Origin: a virus
Reading direction: 5' to 3' (one strand)
Length of the DNA: 64,000 bases
IMG/VR virus record: IMGVR_UViG_3300049218_000083
Span: 69,861-133,860 of that record
Shown here: positions 45,970 through 53,356 of the stretch, piece by piece
How positions within the stretch are numbered: position 1 is the first letter of the stretch
How the letters are laid out: every line of letters begins with the position of its first letter
Program-made: the position numbers and the translations under genes
Notes under the pieces: model-generated
What the model was told of the DNA's origin: nothing
Database searches by the model: none
Seen by the model: the letters and a program-made list of their open reading frames with translations, nothing else

Positions 45970-46046
45970 TGGTAGCGAGTGGCAGGATTCGAACCTGCGT
46001 TCTTCAGCTTATGAGACTGACGAGATGGCCTCTTCTCCACACCGCA
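45970..46046 (-). tRNA. tRNA-Met(CAT), initiator-like 1:72 mismatch
   Basis: Loop CTCATAA; T1:T72; lacks the three G-C anticodon pairs. Confidence 0.8.
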
Positions 46047-46054
46047 TAATCGTG

Positions 46055-46375
46055 ATAGTGTTTGTGTTAGATTTTCGAGAAGTTGTCAAGCTTCTATCTT
46101 TCCCAGCACCTCTAGTTGTTCAGGTTCACTTGACTCCGCAGGATGGCCGTCCTGCCTCAACATCAAGGAGAGTCTTTCACTCTCAGCACCGTCGCCTTCT
46201 GACTTTATGTGTCTACCGACTGTGCAGCGATCCCAGGCTGTTTCCATATCTGACCTGGTACTTTCTACCCTTACTCTAAATGCCGTCTACTCAAATATTG
46301 CGTATGGACTTTCGCAACTGCCTTTCCGCCGAAGGACGCGTCTTATCAGCCACAAAAACCCAACACAAACACTAC
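46055..46375 (-). ncRNA. ~320-nt structured ncRNA candidate
   Basis: 23-bp closing helix whose four non-WC pairs are all G-U on the minus strand; several internal hairpins; no ORF. Confidence 0.7.
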
Positions 46376-46383
46376 AAACAAAC

Positions 46384-46458
46384 TGGTGGTGATACTGAGA
46401 ATCGAACTCAGGTTAATGGCTTATGAGACCACTGTCTTTGCCGCTGGACGATATCACC
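46384..46458 (-). tRNA. tRNA-Met/Ile2(CAT)
   Basis: Loop CTCATAA. Confidence 0.87.
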
Positions 46459-46463
46459 GAAAT

Positions 46464-46539
46464 TGGTCGAACTGGTTGGAGTCGAACCAACTCATCTGGG
46501 GTTTCAAGCCAGCGCTAAATCCACATCAGCTACAGTTCC
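46464..46539 (-). tRNA. tRNA-Phe(GAA)
   Basis: Loop TTGAAAC; 1:72 and 31:39 mismatches. Confidence 0.75.
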
Positions 46540-46697
46540 AAAATCGCTGGTTTTGAAATTGTTCCAGCAAACAAGCATGTCAGGGTAGACTCGGACATTA
46601 ACCCTTTTTCTTACGCATCTTTCCGGATTCAAAGTCCGGCGATAACGATCAGCATTCCCGCTCTCCACGAGCAGGCGCATGAGGACATGACATAATA

Positions 46698-46774
46698 TGG
46701 TACTCGTGACAGGAGTTGAACCTGCAACATTCTGGTTCTAAGCCAGACGCGTCTGCCAATTGCGCCACACGAGC
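46698..46774 (-). tRNA. tRNA-Leu(TAG), short variable arm
   Basis: Loop CTTAGAA. Confidence 0.88.
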
Positions 46775-46951
46775 ATAAGAGAAAAGAAGGACGCCGATGT
46801 CACGATTTGCGCGGACTAGGAGGTTATGAAGCTCCGTACTGCTAAAGACGACGTCCTCTGCTATAGTCAACCGGAGTTGCTGTAGCCTACCATCTCAGCC
46901 AAGGCACTTGTCAAAGCGATCAAATCATCAACATCAATCATACTTGTAATT

Positions 46952-47027
46952 TGGAACACCGAGTAGGCATCGAACCTACATTCTCCTAGTTCAAAGCCAG
47001 GCGTCCTACCAATTAGACGATCAGTGT
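46952..47027 (-). tRNA. tRNA-Gln(TTG)
   Basis: Loop CTTTGAA. Confidence 0.87.
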
Positions 47028-47033
47028 ATAATC

Positions 47034-47110
47034 TGGCGCAACCGACGGGATTCGAACCCGCACCGTCTCCCGTGACAGGGGAGAGACCTAGCCAGTTGGT
47101 CTACGGTTGC
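47034..47110 (-). tRNA. tRNA-Asp(GTC)
   Basis: Loop CTGTCAC; G73. Confidence 0.9.
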
Positions 47111-47117
47111 ATAAATT

Positions 47118-47195
47118 TGGTGGGCCGCCAGGGATTCGAACCCTGAGTCTCGGTGCTTAAAAGGCAGGTGATTTTTCCAGTTAATCTAGCAGCCC
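47118..47195 (-). tRNA. tRNA-Lys(TTT)
   Basis: Loop CTTTTAA; weak anticodon stem. Confidence 0.83.
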
Positions 47196-47201
47196 AAATT
47201 T

Positions 47202-47276
47202 TGGTAGGTCTAGAAGGATTCGAACCCTCGTTTTCCGCTAATCAGGCAGACGTCCTTGCCTCTGGACGATAGACCC
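47202..47276 (-). tRNA. tRNA-Ile(GAT)
   Basis: Loop CTGATTA. Confidence 0.87.
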
Positions 47277-47283
47277 ATAATCT

Positions 47284-47442
47284 TTACTTGGTGGACAACG
47301 CTGTAATCAGCGCCAACAAGTTTTCGTATCTTCTACCAGCGCTGTCAAGATAGTAGGTGACCATCTTGCCATTGACTTTCTGTCTGCAGCGCGTGATATT
47401 GTGACCATCGACAACGATTTGTTTCTTCTGCACAAATTCCAT
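47284..47442 (-). CDS. Small hypothetical protein (52 aa) in tRNA array
   Basis: GGAG RBS; MEFVQKKQIVVDGHNITR.. Confidence 0.5.
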   Translation of the reverse strand: MEFVQKKQIVVDGHNITRCRQKVNGKMVTYYLDSAGRRYENLLALITALSTK

Positions 47443-47501
47443 AATGGTCTCCGATTCTTTTTGGCTACAGTCTTTCTACTTGACAATGCTTGCATTTCAT
47501 A

Positions 47502-47577
47502 TGGTGGGTCCGCAGGGATTCGAACCCTGATCTCGCTGGTTAAGAGCCAGATATAATAGCCGTTATACGACGAACCC
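47502..47577 (-). tRNA. tRNA-Lys(CTT)
   Basis: Loop CTCTTAA. Confidence 0.9.
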
Positions 47578-47583
47578 GAAACT

Positions 47584-47659
47584 TGGTGCCCTTGACAGGA
47601 GTCGAACCTGCAACCTGCGGGATAGGAATCCGCTGCTCTTTCCATTGAGCTACAAAGGC
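47584..47659 (-). tRNA. tRNA-Arg(CCT)
   Basis: Loop TTCCTAT. Confidence 0.88.
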
Positions 47660-47702
47660 ATGGAGTGCAAGGAGGAATACACCTCACGATGCACATAGAA
47701 AT

Positions 47703-47779
47703 TGGTACAGCCGACCGGAGTCGAACCGGCATTGCACAGGGTGAAAACCTGGGTTCCTAAGCCATTAGAAGACGGCTGC
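47703..47779 (-). tRNA. tRNA-Glu(TTC)
   Basis: Loop TTTTCAC. Confidence 0.9.
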
Positions 47780-47790
47780 ATAGACGAAAT

Positions 47791-47865
47791 TGGAGCTCCC
47801 ACTCAGAATCGAACTGAGTTCTCAGGATTACAAAACCAGCGCATCGCCACGTATGCTTTGGGAGC
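47791..47865 (-). tRNA. tRNA-Thr(TGT)
   Basis: Loop TTTGTAA. Confidence 0.85.
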
Positions 47866-47871
47866 AGAAAT

Positions 47872-47947
47872 TGGAGCGGACGACCAGACTCGAACTGGCA
47901 TGACTCTGATTTGGAAGACCAGGGCACAACCTTTATACCACATCCGC
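47872..47947 (-). tRNA. tRNA-Gly(TCC)
   Basis: Loop CTTCCAA; TCCA. Confidence 0.9.
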
Positions 47948-47982
47948 GAAAACAAGTGAAATGCGTGCGATCGCACGCAGTC

Positions 47983-48108
47983 TTAGACCTTCTCGGTGCT
48001 ACCGATCAGGTCATCGGTGCCTTTATCTTGGCGACCGAATGTAGGAGAAATAGACAGTGATATCGTTTGTTCAAAATGCTTACTATCGCATTGAGTAACG
48101 ATACCCAT
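47983..48108 (-). CDS. Small hypothetical protein (41 aa)
   Basis: AGGAG RBS then MGIVTQCD.. Confidence 0.35.
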   Translation of the reverse strand: MGIVTQCDSKHFEQTISLSISPTFGRQDKGTDDLIGSTEKV

Positions 48109-48141
48109 GATTGTCTCCTAAGTTAATGAAGTGAAAGAAAT

Positions 48142-48219
48142 TGGTCGGGGTTAAGGGATTCGAACTCTTGACCTTCTGCGCCCAAGGCAGACGCTCTAAC
48201 CAGACTGAGCTAAACCCCG
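48142..48219 (-). tRNA. tRNA-Pro(TGG), second copy
   Basis: Loop CTTGGGC. Confidence 0.9.
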
Positions 48220-48226
48220 AAGAAAC

Positions 48227-48313
48227 TGGTGCATTGTGATGGATTCGAACCACCGTTGCCCATAGGACGGCTGATTTACAGTCAGCTTGTTTAAACCACT
48301 CACACAACAATGC
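48227..48313 (-). tRNA. tRNA-Tyr(GTA)
   Basis: Loop CTGTAAA; long arm. Confidence 0.9.
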
Positions 48314-48321
48314 AGAAACTT

Positions 48322-48397
48322 TGGTGCCCTTGGTAGGAATCGAACCCACACCGAATCGGGTAGAAGCCGAACGCATTATCCGTTTTGCTACAAGGGC
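48322..48397 (-). tRNA. tRNA-Arg(TCT)
   Basis: Loop CTTCTAC. Confidence 0.88.
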
Positions 48398-48410
48398 AGG
48401 GAAATTAAAT

Positions 48411-48519
48411 CGGTTCCATAGACAGGGATCAAACCTGCAAATTCTTCAGCAGGACACTTGGCTGCAATACACAAGTGGAAGTCCTCTGCCCAAGACACCG
48501 TACCGTTTGTTACCATGAA
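48411..48519 (-). ncRNA. tRNA-like RNA with extended anticodon arm
   Basis: Acceptor TTCATGG/CTATGGA; T-arm GCAGG-TTTGATC-CCTGT; CACTTG/CAAGTG stem; ends ACCG. Confidence 0.6.
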
Positions 48520-48538
48520 ATACATAACCAAATTTAAC

Positions 48539-48613
48539 TGGCGGGATGCGAGGGATTCGAACCCCCATAACTAGTTTTGGAGTCTAGAGTCCTAGCCATT
48601 GGACGAGCAACCC
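48539..48613 (-). tRNA. tRNA-Trp(CCA)
   Basis: Loop CTCCAAA; G73. Confidence 0.83.
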
Positions 48614-48942
48614 AATTTTGCTTTACCTCTTTTCTTCAGATGAACATGGCCTTTCTGAAAGAGGTTGACTTTACGAGCAGCGCGAAGGTTGCAACGCAAA
48701 TGTGAAAATGATATGTTGTTCATATCCCAGAACAACTCCGTCGGTGTCGCAGTATCTTGCCAAGCAATTTTATGCTCTAAGCTCAACTGACCGAACTTGA
48801 TTTTCTCACCACAATGAAAGCACACATCGAAACCTGCTTTCTGCGCGAGATCGAATATAACCATGTTCCATAACTTTCTAGAAGCTGCATGAAAGCTCAT
48901 ACCGAGCTGCGCAGATTTCTTCTTGAAAGTGCTGGTTCCCAT
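48592..48942 (-). CDS. HNH endonuclease in tRNA array
   Basis: CFHCGE..LSLEHKIAW..NNISFSHLRCN; overlaps tRNA-Trp 5' end. Confidence 0.75.
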   Translation of the reverse strand: MGTSTFKKKSAQLGMSFHAASRKLWNMVIFDLAQKAGFDVCFHCGEKIKFGQLSLEHKIAWQDTATPTELFWDMNNISFSHLRCNLRAARKVNLFQKGHVHLKKRGKAKLGCSSNG

Positions 48943-48960
48943 GATGTATCCTCTGTAAAT

Positions 48961-49034
48961 TGGTGGGATTGATGGGAGTTAAACCACGTGACCTCTCACC
49001 GTTAAGTGAGCGCTCTACACTGAGCTACAACCCC
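48961..49034 (-). tRNA. Degenerate tRNA-Val-like (AAC?)
   Basis: 6-nt loop TTAACG; irregular T-arm. Confidence 0.5.
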
Positions 49035-49075
49035 GAAGCGACGGTTCTCTGCTCTAGTACCGACAACACGTAATT

Positions 49076-49154
49076 TGGTGGACCGCCAGGGATTCGAACC
49101 CTGCTAGTTTCCTCGGTGCAAGCGAGGTGAACACCCCAAGCATTCCCGCAGCCC
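49076..49154 (-). tRNA. tRNA-Ala(TGC)
   Basis: Loop CTTGCAC; G3-U70. Confidence 0.88.
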
Positions 49155-49159
49155 AAAAC

Positions 49160-49234
49160 TGGTAGTCCGTGACGGGATTGAACCGCCGACCCTCTCCGTG
49201 TAAAGGAGACGCTCTCCCGCTGAGCTAACGGACC
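49160..49234 (-). tRNA. tRNA-Val(TAC)
   Basis: Loop TTTACAC. Confidence 0.92.
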
Positions 49235-49314
49235 ATGGGATAGAATTGGCAGAGTCGTCTGGTAATCGGCGCGACCCGATACCCTGGCTTGCAACCAGAC
49301 GACTCTACCATTTT

Positions 49315-49390
49315 TGGCTCCGTGTGCAGGATTCGAACCTACGAATACTCCGTTAACAGCGGAGGCTATTACCACTCTAGTCAACACGGA
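49315..49390 (-). tRNA. tRNA-Asn(GTT)
   Basis: Loop CTGTTAA; T1-A72, G73. Confidence 0.9.
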
Positions 49391-49399
49391 AGAAACTTT

Positions 49400-49760
49400 C
49401 CTTTCTTTTATGCTGTGTATTTTGGTTAAGAAAACGATACAGCACTGCGTAGTGTACGCATACCAGAATCAGGTGGCGAAGGCAGCCAAGACAAGACAAA
49501 AACATTGCTGGTTTGATGGGATCCAGCGCCCAATAGCAAATGGGTCCTGCTTGCGGCAAGACCCTTAATCTTGTTCCAGCGGTTCGTGTTTACGAGTAAC
49601 CGCGTGCTGGGTCCGGTGAGAACGTCACCGAAAGTTGCGTGGGAGAATCCGGGAAGCATTCTTCCTAACAGCTAGAATTAGCTGACAGGTACTTCATGCG
49701 GTGCTTCTACCACCCCAAATCATCAGCGCGGATTTCTCCGCGAGTAGAACAATCATGAGT
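49400..49760 (-). ncRNA. ~360-nt structured ncRNA candidate at head of tRNA array
   Basis: At least 6 hairpins plus long-range pairing 49702-49714 with 49472-49484; no credible ORF. Confidence 0.6.
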
Positions 49761-49784
49761 TAGCAAGACTGTAATTACTAGAAA

Positions 49785-49818
49785 TATTTAGCTTGATGTT
49801 ACCATTCAGTGTATTTAG
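49785..49818 (-). promoter_or_regulatory. Two T4-late-like CTAAATA motifs upstream of the ncRNA/tRNA array
   Basis: tatttag at 49785-49791 and 49812-49818. Confidence 0.5.
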
Positions 49819-49824
49819 GAAATT

Positions 49825-50075
49825 CAAGTTCCTGAAATTAAACAGGATTTAGTTTCTAGGATCTTTCTACCCTTAAATGCACCAGCTTTCATGTTACACT
49901 TGAAGTGGGAGAACGCTATGTTGTTCAAAATCCCAGAACAATTCAGGATTTCTGCGCCATGGAATCTTCTGTTCACATTGGAAACACACGTCTTTTCCAG
50001 TCTGTTTTACCAGCATGAACAGTATCATCTTTCTCAGTTTAGCCTGAGCCTTCGACATAGACATGCCAAGATAGA
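49825..50075 (-). pseudogene. Degenerate HNH paralog of 48592-48942
   Basis: KLRKMILF..CFQCEQKI..ELFWD, then NNIAFSHFKCN in shifted frame; central EH motif deleted. Confidence 0.65.
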
Positions 50076-50104
50076 TTTCACATTTACGTTGTGGAACGAA
50101 TTGC

Positions 50105-50293
50105 TCAATTATCAAGAAACTCATCATCACCCAACAGGTCTTCAACTCGATGACGATTAAACCGTTCACGCTTGTAAGGCTCTCGAGATACAACCTCACC
50201 ACGCTCACGCACAGTTTTCTTCTTTCCACCGGATCGATTTTGTCGACCAGGCTTCTGATAATCGTCAGAGTTAGTGTTTCGTTGGTCCGCCAT
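50105..50293 (-). CDS. Hypothetical protein
   Basis: 62-aa ORF, start uncertain. Confidence 0.5.
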   Translation of the reverse strand: MADQRNTNSDDYQKPGRQNRSGGKKKTVRERGEVVSREPYKRERFNRHRVEDLLGDDEFLDN

Positions 50294-50495
50294 TTCTCAT
50301 CATTTCATCGGCTTCCGCCTGCATGAATCCAAGTAGAAATATTCGGAACCGCTGCTCAGACAAAGATTCAAACTGGTCAGGCTTGATCCAAGCACGCGAC
50401 TCACCAACGTAGACCGCATACATCTTTGCCGCCTCGTCAAACATGACGTAGGAGCCAACACTTTCTGCGATCTGTTTCGCAACACTCAATTCCAT
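50271..50495 (-). CDS. Hypothetical protein
   Basis: MELSVAKQIAES..; start estimated. Confidence 0.5.
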   Translation of the reverse strand: MELSVAKQIAESVGSYVMFDEAAKMYAVYVGESRAWIKPDQFESLSEQRFRIFLLGFMQAEADEMMRNGGPTKH

Positions 50496-50515
50496 GGATG
50501 TAATTATACGTGATG

Positions 50516-51028
50516 TTAGATCGTTTGCGTACCAGCTGCTGGCAACTGAGCGCAAATCATTGATTCAAGCTGGAATGCTACACTCTTTGGTGGTATCTGA
50601 TTGAACTGCTTATCCGGTGAAGCAAGTACATCGATGACGCTCATATGCTCACCAATGAAGGTTTCGCTGATACCCTTGACCGTATGCTCGACACAGTTTA
50701 TCTGGGTCTTGCTGACGATCATATACAGTTCCTTGTCCTTGTACATGTCACCTTCTGGCGCGATGAACACAGCAAGAAAAGTTGCTACCGGACCATCCGT
50801 GTCAACGCTGTCGACGTCGATTGCAACGGCATCACCCATTGAGTCGATACCGAAAACTTTGAGATGATCACCCGTTTGAGGAACGACTGCTTCAACTGCT
50901 GGTCTGACTGGACCAACAGGAGTATTTTGAACAGCTACAGGTTTTGGTGCTGCATGCTTGATGGCTAGAAATCCAAGGGCAAGTAAAGGAATCATCACAA
51001 GACCAATCCAGACACGAGTGCTCAACAT
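50516..51028 (-). CDS. Membrane-anchored/periplasmic hypothetical protein
   Basis: N-terminal TM, Pro-rich linker, beta-rich domain. Confidence 0.6.
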   Translation of the reverse strand: MLSTRVWIGLVMIPLLALGFLAIKHAAPKPVAVQNTPVGPVRPAVEAVVPQTGDHLKVFGIDSMGDAVAIDVDSVDTDGPVATFLAVFIAPEGDMYKDKELYMIVSKTQINCVEHTVKGISETFIGEHMSVIDVLASPDKQFNQIPPKSVAFQLESMICAQLPAAGTQTI

Positions 51029-51063
51029 TTCCTACTCCAAACTGAATGACCATTTGTATATAG

Positions 51064-51459
51064 TCATCGGCGATTCTTGTATCTGGCTGTTAGCTTCTTT
51101 ACATTGGCGTCGATAACCGTCTGCGGATCAATGCCGTGGCGATCACAAATGATCATCCAATAATACAACACGTCCCCAAGTTCCTTCACAAGCTTCTTCT
51201 TATTGACCTTCGTGATATCCTTCTTGTCGCGCACAGCCTTCTTCAACAGCTCCTGCACTTCACCAACCTCACCGCTGAGTCCCATCCCCATGATGTAGTC
51301 GTCACGGTCGCCGTATGCTTTCTTCTCACCATTCCAGATGGAAGCGCACCATGCTTTGTACTGAGCCATGTTCATGCTGGCTGCGTTTTGTACAAGAGGA
51401 AGTTGCCATTCGATCAATTTCTTACGAGTGGCTATGTCTGTTTTCTTTTTGCTGCTCAT
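51064..51459 (-). CDS. MazG-like NTP pyrophosphohydrolase
   Basis: GLSGEVGEVQELLKK..KELGDVLYY. Confidence 0.85.
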   Translation of the reverse strand: MSSKKKTDIATRKKLIEWQLPLVQNAASMNMAQYKAWCASIWNGEKKAYGDRDDYIMGMGLSGEVGEVQELLKKAVRDKKDITKVNKKKLVKELGDVLYYWMIICDRHGIDPQTVIDANVKKLTARYKNRR

Positions 51460-51716
51460 GATTTCTTGTGTGTCATGTAACGGTTGAGTTTCTCGATCTT
51501 TCGCTCGGCTTGCTGCATCAGTGCGTCTTCCTGGAAGAGGTCCGGATGCTCGGTGATCAACATTTTCACGACGCCCATGATGTCACCGACTTCATTCTGG
51601 AGATCGTATTCATTGTTACGGTTGTCACCGAAACGCTGAATCTTGGTTACACACTTGATGACTTCCGAGCATTCTTCAGCAAGGCAAACCAACAGTTCTT
51701 CTTTTCGGTCTTTCAC
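51456..51716 (-). CDS. MazG-like protein (second)
   Basis: LAEECSEV..KIQRFG..LQNEVGDI. Confidence 0.72.
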   Translation of the reverse strand: MKDRKEELLVCLAEECSEVIKCVTKIQRFGDNRNNEYDLQNEVGDIMGVVKMLITEHPDLFQEDALMQQAERKIEKLNRYMTHKKS

Positions 51717-52243
51717 TGGTCGTGAACCTCTACTGGGTCAAGGGGAGCACCATACGCTTTGACTGGCTTCTGAGGAACCTGCTTCTTCAGGTCTTCGTTC
51801 TCGACGCGCTGTAAAGCGATAGCATAGTTGAGCTGGTTCTGATACACTTGAGCCTGAGCCAACTGACTCTTCAGTTTGCGGTTCTCATCACGAAGCGCAA
51901 CTAGCTCGTCAGCATCCTTCATCGACTGGAGAAGATCATTGTAGCCAACAACAAGGCATCGTGTATAGTATGCCTGATATGCGGCCACTGGGCTGATGTT
52001 TTCAGCATAGATTTGACGGCGAATCAACGTCACTGGAAACGTCTGAACCGTCGGTTGGGAGATGTATTGGACCAGATCTGTCTCAGTTATGCCGGACACC
52101 TTCAGCGTCGCAATAGACCGTGCAAAGCTGGCCACCTGATTACACTGCTGGTAGATGACTTCGTTGGTATCATCATGGATCGGTGGGGTTGCGACAGCAA
52201 CCCCACCGACCAACAGCGCTGCAAGAATTAGCAGTGCTTTCAT
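51713..52243 (-). CDS. Secreted hypothetical protein
   Basis: Signal peptide; coiled coil. Confidence 0.6.
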   Translation of the reverse strand: MKALLILAALLVGGVAVATPPIHDDTNEVIYQQCNQVASFARSIATLKVSGITETDLVQYISQPTVQTFPVTLIRRQIYAENISPVAAYQAYYTRCLVVGYNDLLQSMKDADELVALRDENRKLKSQLAQAQVYQNQLNYAIALQRVENEDLKKQVPQKPVKAYGAPLDPVEVHDQ

Positions 52244-52244
52244 G

Positions 52245-53297
52245 TTACTTGCTCACGACCTTGGTAGTGATACGATCTTCCAGGAGGCGCAACTCAGCAT
52301 GCGTTACAGCGTCCGGAGGAGTCGGAGCAGGAGCGACCTCGACAACTGGAGCGACCAGTGGCGGGCACTCTGCGCCAGCTTCTTTCATGGCTTCACGAAT
52401 CAACGCACCTTCCTTGTCCAAGGTAGCGCGGATACACGCAGCACGCTGCTGGTTCAATTCCAACAGGAGGTGAGTCTGTTTGATCAGGTCGCAACCTTTG
52501 TCACGAACAGTCTTACCAAACGTGATACCCAGGATTTGAGTCTGACCACCAGCTGAGATCGAACCGAGGCAGGTGTCCATACCAGAAGTGAGCGACGCAG
52601 AGTATGCAGTGCTTACAGGTGCTCGGTACGTTTTCGCAGCTTCGTAGGTGACGTCAGTGGTGTTTCCGTTACCGTTGCCGGATCCGTTTCCATTGGCGGT
52701 TGCGCTGGAAGTAGAGGCTCCTGTGGAGACGTTTCCGACTGTCGCGGCACCACCAGCGACGCCACTAACAGAAGAAGTAGACCCAACAGTATTTTGAACA
52801 GCGCCACTAGCAATAGAAGCACTAGAAGTGCCGCCAGTGACAACATTGCTATTCTGTACAGCACCCCTTGAAATCGACGCATTGCCGCCTGCTCCACCCT
52901 GACCACCCTGGCCGCCAGCACCACCTGAGACGGTGTTGTTATTGGTCACCGCACCTTTGGCAATAGAGGCTGAAGATGTCGAGGTTTGGTTGCCCGAATT
53001 ATTTATGGCTTGCCCCTGGGTGTTTGTGCTGTTATTTGTAGCACTCCCTCCAGTCGCATTGCCGCCAGTTGCTGTGGCAGTACCACCAGTCGCATTGGAC
53101 GATGCACCAGCGCCAGCGGACACGCTGCCGTTGATACCATTCACAGTGTTGTTGGTAGTGTTGTAAACATTGTTCGTGGTATTGTCAATCCACTGATTGT
53201 TTTTACACGAACAGTTCGGCGGAGGCGAACCGCTACACGCCAGTGCTGCTTGCGCAAGGAGTGCGGAAGCTGCGATAAGACCAGTCAGAAATTTCAT
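52245..53297 (-). CDS. Secreted Gly/Asn/Thr/Ala-rich low-complexity protein
   Basis: Signal peptide; paired Cys; C-terminal Cys-rich domain. Confidence 0.7.
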   Translation of the reverse strand: MKFLTGLIAASALLAQAALACSGSPPPNCSCKNNQWIDNTTNNVYNTTNNTVNGINGSVSAGAGASSNATGGTATATGGNATGGSATNNSTNTQGQAINNSGNQTSTSSASIAKGAVTNNNTVSGGAGGQGGQGGAGGNASISRGAVQNSNVVTGGTSSASIASGAVQNTVGSTSSVSGVAGGAATVGNVSTGASTSSATANGNGSGNGNGNTTDVTYEAAKTYRAPVSTAYSASLTSGMDTCLGSISAGGQTQILGITFGKTVRDKGCDLIKQTHLLLELNQQRAACIRATLDKEGALIREAMKEAGAECPPLVAPVVEVAPAPTPPDAVTHAELRLLEDRITTKVVSK

Positions 53298-53356
53298 AAT
53301 GTCTCCATGGTAAAGTTAGAAATTCAAGTCACTCGACAATCTTACTCGTAATCATC

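Noticed and set aside
46055-46375. Second RNase P RNA (contains GAAAGTCC and GTAAGGGT)
   Set aside because: No 3' strand able to form P4, and motif order does not fit
43146-49390. CRISPR array (recurrent gattcgaacc/tggt)
   Set aside because: These are tRNA T-loops and CCA ends, not direct repeats with spacers
43565-49659. ORF-track proteins overlapping the tRNA array (e.g. 47307-47732, 49025-49387)
   Set aside because: They are translations of tRNA genes or structured RNA
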